From the NCBI GenBank assembly GCA_031268855.1, contig JAIRWS010000045.1:1-43348 (forward strand): 43,348 nt of DNA. Reading direction: 5' to 3'. The stretch comes from Candidatus Margulisiibacteriota bacterium (lineage in GTDB: Bacteria; Margulisbacteria; Termititenacia; Termititenacales; Termititenacaceae). Under the pieces are notes generated by a model. That model did no database searches, was not told the DNA's origin, and saw only the letters and a program-made list of their open reading frames with translations. The translations under genes were made by a program, and so were the position numbers. Below are positions 7,962-18,393 of the stretch, piece after piece. Numbering within the stretch: position 1 is the first letter of the stretch; every line of letters begins with the position of its first letter.

Positions 7962-8332
7962 GCTCTAAAAACCGCCGTTTATGGCCCAGTCTGGCTTGTG
8001 CTATTCAGGGCATCCGCCAGGCGTTCCGGCAAGAAAGAAATCTGCGTATTCATTGCGCGGCGGCGGCGCTGGCGGCCGCGGCGGGGTTTATTTTTAAACT
8101 CTCCGCCGGTGAATGGGCGGTCTTGCTTTTGACGATCACACTGGTAATTTTTGCCGAGCTGCTCAATACCGCGCTGGAAGCCAGTGTCAATCTGGTTACC
8201 CGAAAACACCAGCCGGAAGCCAAACTGGCCAAAGACGCCGCGGCTGGCGCGGTTTTGCTCACAGCGCTCAACGCGGTCTTGATCGGCCTGCTGATTTTCG
8301 GGGCAAAAATTTGGGAGTTTTTCCGTCAATGA
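7958..8332 (+). CDS. dgkA: diacylglycerol kinase / undecaprenol kinase family (DgkA)
   Basis: 124 aa, three TM segments, motifs NLRIH, FAELLNTALE, AKDAAAGAVL. GTGA overlap with ybeY. Confidence 0.85.
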   Translation: MSSKNRRLWPSLACAIQGIRQAFRQERNLRIHCAAAALAAAAGFIFKLSAGEWAVLLLTITLVIFAELLNTALEASVNLVTRKHQPEAKLAKDAAAGAVLLTALNAVLIGLLIFGAKIWEFFRQ

Positions 8333-9357
8333 TTCTGGAAATTATTTTCAGCATTATTCTGCTCCTGGCTTCGGCTTTTTTTTCCTGTTCGGAAACCGCG
8401 CTGACTTCGCTGCCCAAGCATCAGGTCGGTTATCTTAAAAAGCGCAAAGTCAAAGGCGCCAAATCCGCGCTGTTTCTCAAAGAAAACCCGGGCATCATGC
8501 TGGCGACGATCTTGATCGGCAATAATTTCGTCAATATCATGCTGTCCGCGCTGGGCACGCTGATCACTTTAAAAATCCTGCGCAATTTCGGCATTGAGAA
8601 TGAGACCTACACGACGATCATCGCCACGCTGTGCGTCACTTTTATCGTGCTGGTCTTCGGCGAAGTCACACCCAAAAATGTCGGCCTGTCCAAAGCGCGG
8701 TATTTCGCGCTTTTTTCCAGCCGCATTATTGTTTTTCTGGCGCATCTTTTCAAACCGCTGGTTTTTAGCTTGAATAAATTTTCCAATCTGGTGATAACCC
8801 TGCTGGGCGGGCAGCCCCTCGGTAAAAACAGCCTGATGACCGAGGAAGAGCTGCTCTCGATCATCGACGCCGGGCAAGAAACCGGCGTGATCGAAAAAGA
8901 AGAAAAAAATATGCTGCGCGACGTGATCCGTTTTGGGGATTCTTTTGTGGGCGAAATCATGACGCCGCTCGATAATGTCATCTCGGTCAGCGCGACCGAC
9001 ACTATTGAAACCCTTTTTCGCCAAATCAAAAACCGCCTGCCGTCGCGCGTTCCAGTTTACAGCGGCAGCCACCGAAATATTATCGGTGTGCTCTATCTCA
9101 AAGACCTGCTGCAAAAAATTCATTACACGCTGAATTATGAACAGCAGCGGATCAATGAATTTAAAGACCTGATCCGGGCGCCTTACATCGTCTATATCGA
9201 CCAAAAAAGCGCTCAGGTCATGCGCTACATGCGCTTCCAGCATATTCACATTGCTATTGTGCAAAACCGCGATAAAAAAACCGTCGGTCTGGTGACTTTT
9301 GAGGATTTACTGGAAGAGATTGTCGGGGAGATACAGGACGAATACGAAAAAGGCTGA
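8329..9357 (+). CDS. CNNM/hemolysin-type DUF21 + CBS-pair membrane protein (no CorC_HlyC C-terminal domain)
   Basis: Start MILEIIFSIILLLASAFFSCSETALTSL (DUF21), then GEVTPK and a CBS pair (VGEIMTP..; IAIVQNRDKKTVGLVTFEDLLEEIVGEIQDE). ATGA overlap with dgkA. The track ORF from 8113 is an upstream extension. Confidence 0.85.
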   Translation: MILEIIFSIILLLASAFFSCSETALTSLPKHQVGYLKKRKVKGAKSALFLKENPGIMLATILIGNNFVNIMLSALGTLITLKILRNFGIENETYTTIIATLCVTFIVLVFGEVTPKNVGLSKARYFALFSSRIIVFLAHLFKPLVFSLNKFSNLVITLLGGQPLGKNSLMTEEELLSIIDAGQETGVIEKEEKNMLRDVIRFGDSFVGEIMTPLDNVISVSATDTIETLFRQIKNRLPSRVPVYSGSHRNIIGVLYLKDLLQKIHYTLNYEQQRINEFKDLIRAPYIVYIDQKSAQVMRYMRFQHIHIAIVQNRDKKTVGLVTFEDLLEEIVGEIQDEYEKG

Positions 9358-9382
9358 CAAATTTCGTGTTACAATTCCCCGC

Positions 9383-10384
9383 ATGACCCGCGTGGCGATC
9401 AACGGTTTTGGACGAATTGGCCGTAATTTTTTACGCATGGCCGTAAACCGCCCCGATATCGAAGTAGCGGCTGTCAATGACCTGACCAATGCGGCGACGC
9501 TGGCTTATCTGCTCAAGTATGATTCGCTACACCGGCGTTTTTCCGGAGAAGTGGATTTCACCGACGAGGCGCTGTTGGTCAACGGGCAAAAGATCCAGAT
9601 CCTGGCCCAGCGCGATCCGGCGCGTCTGCCCTGGCAAAAACTGGGCGTGGATATAGTGATCGAGTCGACCGGTCTTTTTACCAGCCGCGAGGACGCGCAA
9701 AAACATCTGTCTTCCGGCGCTAAAAAAGTCATCATCTCCGCGCCGGCCAAAAATGCGGACATCACTATAGTGCTCGGCGTCAATCAAGAAAAATATCAAG
9801 CCGCAGCGCAGCATATTATTTCCAGCGCGTCGCCGACCACACATTGCGCGGCGGTGCTGGCCAAAATCCTGCACGAAAATTATCAGATCATAAACGGCGT
9901 TATGACCGCCGTACATTCTTACACCAATGAGCAAAAAGTGCTGGATCTGCCGCACGAGGATATGCGGCAGGGACGCGCCGCCGCGCTGTCGATCATTCCC
10001 GTACAGAGCGGCGCGGAAAAAGCGCTCGGCTTGGTCTTGCCTGACCTCAAGGGGAAAATAGAGTGCGGGGCTTTGCGCGTGCCGACGCCCAATGTCGCGC
10101 TGGTCGAGCTGGTCGCGCAGCTGGAAAAACCGGCGTCCGGCGCAGACCTTAATGAATTGTACAAAATTCGCTCCGCGGCTCTGCCCGGGATCTTGAGCTA
10201 CACCGCGGAAAAAGTCGTGTCTGTCGATTTCATGTCCGACACTTCGTCCTGTGTTTTTGACACTTCGCTGACCGCTACCACCGGCCAGCTGGTCAAGCTC
10301 TCCGCCTGGTACGACAACGAATCCGGCTATTCCGCGCGGCTGGTCGAGCTGGTCGAGTTTTTAGCGGAAAAGGGAATTTCGTAA
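9383..10384 (+). CDS. glyceraldehyde-3-phosphate dehydrogenase homologue with the catalytic Cys replaced by Pro (possible pseudoenzyme or neofunctionalised paralogue)
   Basis: Starts MTRVAINGFGRIGRNFLR and resembles type I GAPDH over its full length (WYDNESGYS, RVPTPNV). The active-site box reads SSASPTTHCAAV instead of SNASCTTNCLAP (codon ccg at 9832..9834). Confidence 0.85.
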   Translation: MTRVAINGFGRIGRNFLRMAVNRPDIEVAAVNDLTNAATLAYLLKYDSLHRRFSGEVDFTDEALLVNGQKIQILAQRDPARLPWQKLGVDIVIESTGLFTSREDAQKHLSSGAKKVIISAPAKNADITIVLGVNQEKYQAAAQHIISSASPTTHCAAVLAKILHENYQIINGVMTAVHSYTNEQKVLDLPHEDMRQGRAAALSIIPVQSGAEKALGLVLPDLKGKIECGALRVPTPNVALVELVAQLEKPASGADLNELYKIRSAALPGILSYTAEKVVSVDFMSDTSSCVFDTSLTATTGQLVKLSAWYDNESGYSARLVELVEFLAEKGIS

Positions 10385-10408
10385 GTTAGGCAAAACTATC
10401 CGTTTAAC

Positions 10409-11797
10409 TTATTTATTTTTATTCTCCAAATGCCGTTCCAGACCGGAAACTATACCCTGCGCAAGTTTTTGCTGAAATTCCGGCGTGAGGACTAATTTTT
10501 CTTCTTTGGGATTGGACATAAACAGCGGCTCGATAAGCACGCCGGGCATAGTAGTATGATTGAGATTGTGCAGCATAGATTTGCGCAAGCCGCGGTCTTT
10601 TTGGCCGGTGATCTTGAGCAGCTCCTCATGCACTGCTTTGGCCAGCGCCTGATCCACCGGTTTGTAATAAAAAGTTTCCGCGCCGCTGGCGGTCTCATTG
10701 ACAAAAGAATTAAGATGCACGCTGACCAATAAATCGGCTTTGTTGCTCTCAGCAAACTGCGCCTGTTTGTCCAGCGACATGCCTTCGTCGCCTTCGCGGT
10801 TGAGCAAAGCCACCGCGCCTTTTTCACGCAGCAAAGCCTGCAGCCGTTTGGCAATCGCCAGTGTGAGGTCTTTTTCTTTGTGCCCGCGCTTGGAGATCGC
10901 GCCCGGATCGGAGCCGCCGTGCCCGGCAATGATCGCCACGCGCGCGCCTTTCAAAACCGAAACTTGCGGCGGCGCGGAAGCGGTCACCGCGGCCGCGGAT
11001 TTTGTCACAGACTGCACCGCTGGAGACACTGGCGAAACCGTAACAGCCGCCGTGCTTGCGGCAAAATTTTTTTCTGCCGCGGACGGCGTGACCAAAACCC
11101 GCAAAGTATACGGACTGTCCTGTGCCTGTTCATACGCGGCATAATTAGTATTCAGATCCAAAACCACCCGGGCCTGCAGCGGTTCCCAGGTAAACTGGCT
11201 GGCGCGCAGCCGCGCCGCCGGACCATAGGGTAAAGCGATCTCTTTATCTATACCCAGCGCTGTCGCCGGAAAATCCAGCGCCAGCCGTTCCGGCGCGGTG
11301 AAGCGGCTGACCTTATAATTGAGTGGCACATTGCCGGTCGAAAAAAAAGTCAAACGCAGACTGTTATCATCTTCCGAAACGATTTCCACCAGTCCCAGGC
11401 GCAGATTGCCAGTTGGCGGAGTTTTAGGCGGCGGCAGCGCGGTAAATTTCACAATAAAACTATTGCCGCCGTTTTCCCGAAAAACCGCGGGCTGCAATTT
11501 TTGGGCGGTTTTAAGCTGGATTTCCACCAATCCCGGATTGAGCGAGCGCTGATCGTAAACAATTGAAGTCAACAAATCGCCGGTAAAATACAGCCGCTGC
11601 GGATGCGGTATGTTTAAAACCGCGCCGGACAGCAACAAACGGTAGCCGCCAGCAGTTTGCTCAAAAGAAACTTGTAGCGGCGCGCTGCCGATCACGCTCA
11701 AGGTTTGTTTTTCCCAAACAATTGCGTTTATTAAAACGTCCGCCCGCAGGAAATTTAAGCAAACCCAAAAGGCCAAAAACAACTTTGACTTAAACAT
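10409..11797 (-). CDS. N-acetylmuramoyl-L-alanine amidase (Amidase_3) with N-terminal AMIN domains (AmiC-like)
   Basis: Signal peptide. AMIN-like repeats (..PERLALDFPATAL..). C-terminal catalytic domain VAIIAGHGGSDPGA..KEKDLTLAIAKRL..DLLVSVHLNSF..GAETFYY. Confidence 0.88.
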   Translation of the reverse strand: MFKSKLFLAFWVCLNFLRADVLINAIVWEKQTLSVIGSAPLQVSFEQTAGGYRLLLSGAVLNIPHPQRLYFTGDLLTSIVYDQRSLNPGLVEIQLKTAQKLQPAVFRENGGNSFIVKFTALPPPKTPPTGNLRLGLVEIVSEDDNSLRLTFFSTGNVPLNYKVSRFTAPERLALDFPATALGIDKEIALPYGPAARLRASQFTWEPLQARVVLDLNTNYAAYEQAQDSPYTLRVLVTPSAAEKNFAASTAAVTVSPVSPAVQSVTKSAAAVTASAPPQVSVLKGARVAIIAGHGGSDPGAISKRGHKEKDLTLAIAKRLQALLREKGAVALLNREGDEGMSLDKQAQFAESNKADLLVSVHLNSFVNETASGAETFYYKPVDQALAKAVHEELLKITGQKDRGLRKSMLHNLNHTTMPGVLIEPLFMSNPKEEKLVLTPEFQQKLAQGIVSGLERHLENKNK

Positions 11798-13545
11798 TAG
11801 AACTTATAAACCAGACCTCCGGAGATCTCCGACTGGGTCAGCTTGTCGTGATAATAATAACCTTCGCGGTCATAATCTTCGCCTTCGTATTCATAAAACA
11901 AAGAATTTTCCCGCGAGGCCACGCCGTTGAGATACCAGTACAGGTCGCCGAAAGATTGGCCAAAAGCCAGACGCAGGCTGTTTTTATTTTTGTCCAGCGT
12001 GTCCAGAGTATTTTTGCGCGTCTGATACCAGTGACTGATCGAAAATTTGCTGTTGTACGGCAGTTTGAATTCACCGAGAGACGCCACCAGATCCCAGCCA
12101 GACGAAGCGGAAGTATTGCCACCGAAAATATAACGCGCCCGCTCGTCGACGCGGGTGATCCGGTAGCCAAACCAATCCTGCCGGTAATTCAAGCCGGCTT
12201 CCGTGCGGTCAGTAGAATACTCCGCGGACGGCGACTCGTAACGCCAGGTCGAGAGATTATAAGCAGCCCATAGTCGCCGCCGCCAAAGCTCGATCTCATA
12301 CAACTGCGCGTTGATGCCGCTGGAGCGGAAATTGTCGCGGTAATTGCTGTAATACGAAACCGCTGGCCGGAAAAAAAGCACTTTGTCCAAACCTAAACGC
12401 AAGCGCAGACGCTCAACAATATAATCCGGATTGGTCAGCTTTTCCCGCTCGAAACGCTGCAAATAAGTCTCGTAAGAACCGCTCAAAGACAGCAACCGCA
12501 AAGGCCGCGCGCTGCCGTAAAAATACCAGCCGCGCATACCGGCATAATTGAAATAATCTGACAAAGCGCGGTAGTCCGGCGCGATGTCGCGGTAAGCGAT
12601 CTGCCAGCCGTATTTCTCCGTGTCGTAATGCAGCTCGGTGCGTGTGGCGCCAGCATGGTCTTTTTGCGACTCGGCCAATTCCACCACCGCCGCATAATCT
12701 GCCCATTGGTAACCGATCTCCGCGGAGTGCAAAGAATAGCTGCCCAGCAGATTGTCCGTTTCCGCCCGGCGCGAGGCTGTTAAATAACCAAGATTAAGAT
12801 TTTCCAGCGGCCGCCAGCTGAGCCGCGCGCCGCCGACCGACACTTCGCGGTCTTTGTCCGCGATATAATTTTCGCCGACTTCGCGTCCCCAAAAATTCCC
12901 CGGCCGCTGGCCGACAAAACCGTCCAGCGCTAGAGTCTGGCTAAAACTGTAACGGCCGGACGCGCCCTGCAGCTCAAGGTACGGCACGGCCAGCTCCGAG
13001 TAACGAACAGTAGTATCGCCGATCTCCACAAAACCGCCGCGGCCGGCCAAGCGCGCGGTCAGCAACTCGACCTCGCCAATGTCGTTGCCGTTAGCCGCGG
13101 CGTTGTGGCGGTAACGCGTGTAAAAATCCAGATCCAGAGCGCCGACCGCGGCGGAATATTTCAGTGAATTTAAGATCATTTTTTGGTTGACCGGCGTGGC
13201 GTTGACCGGATCAAATTTCAGATAAGCTTCCCACTGGCCGTTATTTTTGGCCAGGCGGCGCGCGGCCGCGGCTGTCGTTTGTTTACGGCCGTTAACCCGC
13301 ACGAACAAAATTTCCTGCCGGTCAGTCCAGTAAAAAAGCCGCGCTTCGCCGCGTTCTTTGGCCTGAATAAGCAGCGCGCCATCGGCCGTGAGCGACACCT
13401 CGACAACAGCCGGCGCGGCGTTGACAAAACGCGTTATTTTGGCCGACGGCCTAAAACTATAAGACGCTCCAGCGGTCAGCTCGATCTGCGCCGCGCCGGC
13501 TGCAGCGGCGAACAAAATCAAGGCCAGACAAAATTTTTTCATCAT
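11797..13545 (-). CDS. outer-membrane beta-barrel protein with an N-terminal pilus/secretin-N-like (T2SS-T3SS_pil_N-type) domain
   Basis: Signal peptide MMKKFCLALILFAAAAGAA. The N-terminal segment IELTAGASYSFRPSAKITRFVNAAPAVVEVSLTADGALLIQAKERGEARLFYW resembles the CpaC/RcpC N-domain pattern. The rest is rich in alternating aromatic residues and ends GGLVYKF (terminal Phe, OMP beta-signal). Confidence 0.6.
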   Translation of the reverse strand: MMKKFCLALILFAAAAGAAQIELTAGASYSFRPSAKITRFVNAAPAVVEVSLTADGALLIQAKERGEARLFYWTDRQEILFVRVNGRKQTTAAAARRLAKNNGQWEAYLKFDPVNATPVNQKMILNSLKYSAAVGALDLDFYTRYRHNAAANGNDIGEVELLTARLAGRGGFVEIGDTTVRYSELAVPYLELQGASGRYSFSQTLALDGFVGQRPGNFWGREVGENYIADKDREVSVGGARLSWRPLENLNLGYLTASRRAETDNLLGSYSLHSAEIGYQWADYAAVVELAESQKDHAGATRTELHYDTEKYGWQIAYRDIAPDYRALSDYFNYAGMRGWYFYGSARPLRLLSLSGSYETYLQRFEREKLTNPDYIVERLRLRLGLDKVLFFRPAVSYYSNYRDNFRSSGINAQLYEIELWRRRLWAAYNLSTWRYESPSAEYSTDRTEAGLNYRQDWFGYRITRVDERARYIFGGNTSASSGWDLVASLGEFKLPYNSKFSISHWYQTRKNTLDTLDKNKNSLRLAFGQSFGDLYWYLNGVASRENSLFYEYEGEDYDREGYYYHDKLTQSEISGGLVYKF

Positions 13546-14639
13546 TTGATCCTAATTATCTTTTCTTCCATCAGCGTATCCGCGTCGTTTTGTACGGTCA
13601 GCACGCAAACATATTCGCCCGCGGGAATAGACCCCGGCAAGCCGATCGGCCAGCTCACATTCAGCGTTTCGACCTTGCCGGGCTTGATCTGCTTGGCGTT
13701 GAACTCCACAGTTTTGACCCGCTGATTGGTCGCCGTATCGTAAATAGTGAGCGCCGGTTTGATCGTCATAGCTGCCGCAGCGGCAATATCACAGCGGATC
13801 TGCAAAGTATTTTTAGTCTGGTTGTGTTCCGGCTCAAATTTTTCTACCCAGAGTTTAGCGCCGGCCACCGCCTGCGCCGAGTCCGCGGTCAGCAATTGTC
13901 CGGTCTGCAACGCGCCATTGGCATCTTCCAGCATATACAGAATTTCCACACGCGCTTTACTGTCAACCGTAGTGCGGCGGTTAAAAACGCCAGTGTAGCG
14001 CGCCGTATCGTCTGGCAGCAAGCCGCGTGTAAAGAGCTCGACTTCTTCCAAAGCCTCGCCGTCGACGACCAGCGCCACAAAACCGTGCGCGCTGTTCCAG
14101 GCATTGCCGCTGTTGCGCAGGTTGATGTCGTAACTATACACGCCGTTTTGTTTGGCGGCTTTTAATCTCTGCGTGTCGAGAAAATCTTCCGTGTATTTTC
14201 TGGTCTTCTGATAAACCAGCGAGCCGACGCGCGCGCCATAATGGATATTGCCAGTGCCCGGCAGATCGGTCTCAAAAAAAATCACCGCTTGGTGTCCGCC
14301 AGCGGCGTCTTCCGGTGTGCGCAAAGTGAAAGAAAAGGGCAGCGTGGAATTGGCGGGCACCACGATGCTCTCCGCCTCCAGGGTCAGCCAATCCGCGCAG
14401 GAAAACCGCGAGCCGCCCGGCTCTAAAAATTCTTTACCGCCCTTGGCGGTGTGCAGCCAGTCATTAGTGTAGACAAGCAATTTTAGATCTGTGCTGTTGC
14501 GGTTCGTCAGATTGATCCTGTGCGTAACCGCCGAACCTCTGTCCGTCTCCAAAAAAATCGACGGGCGGTCGATAGAGATAGTGGTCAACGCGCTGGCCAG
14601 ACCGCACATCAACAGGATTGCCAAGAATAGTTTTTTCAA
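13542..14639 (-). CDS. secreted two-domain protein, predicted Ig-like/beta-sandwich (PapD- or DUF916-like pattern); function unknown
   Basis: Signal peptide MKKLFLAILLMCGLASA. Pattern VTHRINLTNRNSTDLKLLVYTNDW ... CADWLTLEAESIVVPANSTLPFSFTLRTPEDAAGGHQAVIFFE. 4-nt overlap with the OMP gene. Confidence 0.5.
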   Translation of the reverse strand: MKKLFLAILLMCGLASALTTISIDRPSIFLETDRGSAVTHRINLTNRNSTDLKLLVYTNDWLHTAKGGKEFLEPGGSRFSCADWLTLEAESIVVPANSTLPFSFTLRTPEDAAGGHQAVIFFETDLPGTGNIHYGARVGSLVYQKTRKYTEDFLDTQRLKAAKQNGVYSYDINLRNSGNAWNSAHGFVALVVDGEALEEVELFTRGLLPDDTARYTGVFNRRTTVDSKARVEILYMLEDANGALQTGQLLTADSAQAVAGAKLWVEKFEPEHNQTKNTLQIRCDIAAAAAMTIKPALTIYDTATNQRVKTVEFNAKQIKPGKVETLNVSWPIGLPGSIPAGEYVCVLTVQNDADTLMEEKIIRIK

Positions 14640-14663
14640 AATAAATTCCCCTTTCTATAATTT

Positions 14664-15140
14664 CTAAATTTCTTCCTCAACTTCAAACCAAATTTTAGTA
14701 TTGTAAACACCGTTGGGCTGCACGGACGGCACCCAGCGTAATGTTGTGCCCAGCAGCACCTCAACATCTCCTCCGGTCTGATAAGTTTTATCAATAGTCA
14801 AAACCGGCACCGGCCTGCCGTGATACGGCGCCCAGCTGTTAAACCCCGTAGAGCTTAGTCCGTTGGTTTTTTGTGGAGAATAAATCTGCCATTCCAAAAC
14901 GCTATCCTTGAAGCGCAGATCTTCCATAGACAGCGGCTCCTCCAGCCAAGCGTACACAGTCACGTCTTTGCCAGCCGTGCGGTTGATGACTTTAAATCTG
15001 ATCTGACCATCTTGTTCGCCGTAATAACCGTTGCCGACTTCCGCGTTAAAACGGACATCCCGCCGCGTCGGGTCAAAACTGATCTGAGCAGCGGCGCTTA
15101 AAACAGCGGCCAGCAAGATTAGAAAAAGCGCTTTTTTCAT
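14664..15140 (-). CDS. small secreted protein (158 aa), unknown function
   Basis: Signal peptide MKKALFLILLAAVLSAAAQ. Lies in an operon with neighbouring secreted proteins, with 17-24 nt gaps. Confidence 0.55.
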   Translation of the reverse strand: MKKALFLILLAAVLSAAAQISFDPTRRDVRFNAEVGNGYYGEQDGQIRFKVINRTAGKDVTVYAWLEEPLSMEDLRFKDSVLEWQIYSPQKTNGLSSTGFNSWAPYHGRPVPVLTIDKTYQTGGDVEVLLGTTLRWVPSVQPNGVYNTKIWFEVEEEI

Positions 15141-15157
15141 TGTGCAATCCCGCGGTT

Positions 15158-15706
15158 TTATTCGGTCAGAGTCAGCAGCACGCGTCCGGAATAATTGCCT
15201 TCCGGCATCGCGTCCGGTACTTTCACGCCAAAATTCAGCGGAACATACGTGCCTTCATAATTATTGAAACCGGCGTCGCCGCGCGCGGTGCTGGAATAAA
15301 CGATGTTCGGCCGGCTGAGCACTTTTTGCTCGGCCGCCACCAGATTGCCCGGCAGATTTTTGCCGTTGGGCGAACGCGCCGACAGCAGGCCGCGCACCAG
15401 CAGAGAGCCTTCCGGCAAGGTCAGCCCTTTGGCCAGATCGCTCAGAGGCTCGGTCTCCTCGACCTGCAAATACCATTGCCGGCCGCTGTTGGATTTACAG
15501 CCGGCCACGATCACGCCTGTCACCGGAAAATCTTTGCTGCCCGGCGCGAGCGAGCCGAGATCAAAAGCGCCGGCCGCCGGAAACGCGCTGGCATCCTGCA
15601 GCTCCAGCGTAAAAGTATTACCCACCACATTGACCTCCAGATTGACCGCTTCGGGATTAGCCGCCAGCAGACCGATCAACACGCCCAGCAGGATTATTTT
15701 GCGCAT
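15158..15706 (-). CDS. small secreted protein (182 aa), possible fimbrial/surface-fibre subunit
   Basis: Signal peptide MRKIILLGVLIGLLAA. The C-terminal motif PEGNYSGRVLLTLTE resembles the terminal strand of SCPU/DUF4402/WxL-type subunits (pattern recognition only). Confidence 0.5.
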   Translation of the reverse strand: MRKIILLGVLIGLLAANPEAVNLEVNVVGNTFTLELQDASAFPAAGAFDLGSLAPGSKDFPVTGVIVAGCKSNSGRQWYLQVEETEPLSDLAKGLTLPEGSLLVRGLLSARSPNGKNLPGNLVAAEQKVLSRPNIVYSSTARGDAGFNNYEGTYVPLNFGVKVPDAMPEGNYSGRVLLTLTE

Positions 15707-15724
15707 AAAAACTCCTTTGTTTTT

Positions 15725-16384
15725 TTATTTGGCCAATTTCACCAATTGCAAATTATCCAAACCGACATTCAAGCGGCCGGCTGGCGTATTGGACAGCGCA
15801 ATGATCTGTATATGCAGCAAACCGCCAGACCCTCCGGCCGTGCCGGCATCCCAGCGGTCATTGCCGATACCGGGGTTGACATCCACGAAACGGCTGAACG
15901 GAATTTCCACCGTGCGCCAGCCTTCCCAGTCCACGACGATCTCGTACTCTAATTGATCGTCTGACGTCGGCTTGAAATTTTTGTCCTGCTCGACCTGATA
16001 CGTGCCATTGTCGTCGTCAAAAAGCTGGATGCGCAGCGTGCCGCTGTTCAAACCTGAGCCGTAAATATCCAGCGCCAGAGCGTTGTACTCCGCGGCGCTT
16101 TTGCCAATATAAGCGCCCAGGCCGCCAACATAATAATTTTCCGCTTTGCCGGTCAACTGGAGATAGGCTTGGCCGCGGCGGCGGTCTTTAGACTCGGCAA
16201 TAATTGTCTCCAGCCGGTCGAATTTCCACCACTCCGGCGCGGCGCTGATATTGCCGTCATCAAAATTTTCGATGAGCAAAACCTTATCGTATTCCGAAGC
16301 CACGCCAGCCACAGGCTCAGCGGCCGACAGCAAAAATCCCATGCACAGAAAACAACCAGTTATCATGATAAAAGCTTTTTTCAT
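15725..16384 (-). CDS. secreted protein with a CBM11/galactose-binding-like domain pattern
   Basis: Signal peptide MKKAFIMITGCFLCMGFLLSA. Motifs LIENFDDGN..PEWWKFD, RIQLFDDDNG, DWEGWRTVEIPFSRF. First gene of the operon, with GGAGGG before the ATG. Confidence 0.5.
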   Translation of the reverse strand: MKKAFIMITGCFLCMGFLLSAAEPVAGVASEYDKVLLIENFDDGNISAAPEWWKFDRLETIIAESKDRRRGQAYLQLTGKAENYYVGGLGAYIGKSAAEYNALALDIYGSGLNSGTLRIQLFDDDNGTYQVEQDKNFKPTSDDQLEYEIVVDWEGWRTVEIPFSRFVDVNPGIGNDRWDAGTAGGSGGLLHIQIIALSNTPAGRLNVGLDNLQLVKLAK

Positions 16385-16470
16385 GCTAAACCCTCCACAG
16401 TTAGTATGAGTGACATTTTACTACAAATTACCTTGATTTACACCCTGTTTTTTGGCTACAATGCCATTTC

Positions 16471-17700
<1,230 letters not shown>

Positions 17701-17737
17701 TTTCCGCCAAACCCCGCAGCGGAACTGTTCCGGCCGT

Positions 17738-17986
17738 TTAATTGAGCCAGATAATTTTCTGCCCGCGCCAATCCAGCTCATATTTTTTCAGGCCGGAAAA
17801 ATCGCTGACCCTGTCCGCCTGGTTTAACTCGCTGCGGTTGAGGATAATTTCCTTCTCTTGATAATACTCTGTCGCTTCACGCAGACCGCGCGCGTAGCCG
17901 CGCTGCCAGAGCAGAAAAAAACTGAAGAGCAGCGCCAAAATCCCCAGCACGATAATCAATTCCAAATACGAATAGGCGTGTTTCAT
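17738..17986 (-). CDS. type IV pilin-like / pseudopilin protein (82 aa)
   Basis: From the internal ATG at 17986, which overlaps the upstream stop as ATGA: MKHA|YSYLELIIVLGILALLFS, with Glu at +5 after the predicted cleavage. The track ORF starts 4 codons earlier (17998). Confidence 0.6.
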   Translation of the reverse strand: MKHAYSYLELIIVLGILALLFSFFLLWQRGYARGLREATEYYQEKEIILNRSELNQADRVSDFSGLKKYELDWRGQKIIWLN

Positions 17987-18393
17987 TGCGGACTCCACGT
18001 GATCAAGCCGCTGCCGACAGTCACGGTCATTTTCGCGGCGGTCTGGCCGCGGCGGTAAAGATACAGCGTACCGGCAAAACGCGGATTGCCGTCAGCATTG
18101 AAGCCCAGACGCAGACTGGAAACCGTGAACGGTTTGGCCAGCGCAATTTCTTTTAAAACCCCGCGGCTGCTCTGCACGGTAAAGCCTTTTTCAAAAAACA
18201 ACAGATCAATATCGCGCTGCCGCGTTACAGCCTCTTGTTTAGCCCAAAGCAAATATTCTTCAATGACGCCCTGCTGAAAACGCAGTTCGGCTTTTTGCCG
18301 ATAATGCTCCAGTCCGGTCAAAGCCGCCGCGCCGATCAGCGCGATTATAAAAATCGTCAAACTCAACTCAACTAAAGTAAAGCCTTTACGCAT
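17983..18393 (-). CDS. prepilin-type N-terminal cleavage/methylation domain protein (GspH/FimT-like pseudopilin)
   Basis: MRKG|FTLVELSLTIFIIALIGAAAL is a canonical class III signal with Glu +5. Confidence 0.8.
   Translation of the reverse strand: MRKGFTLVELSLTIFIIALIGAAALTGLEHYRQKAELRFQQGVIEEYLLWAKQEAVTRQRDIDLLFFEKGFTVQSSRGVLKEIALAKPFTVSSLRLGFNADGNPRFAGTLYLYRRGQTAAKMTVTVGSGLITWSPQ

Noticed and set aside
16385-16470. Sigma-54 (-24/-12) promoter in the divergent region between the enhancer-binding protein gene and the secreted-protein operon
   Set aside because: The only TGGC-containing strings (ttggctacaatgcc on the plus strand; tggcattgtagcc on the minus strand) have GG-to-GC spacing of 9 nt instead of the required ~12 nt (GG-N10-GC). 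I do not call a promoter here.
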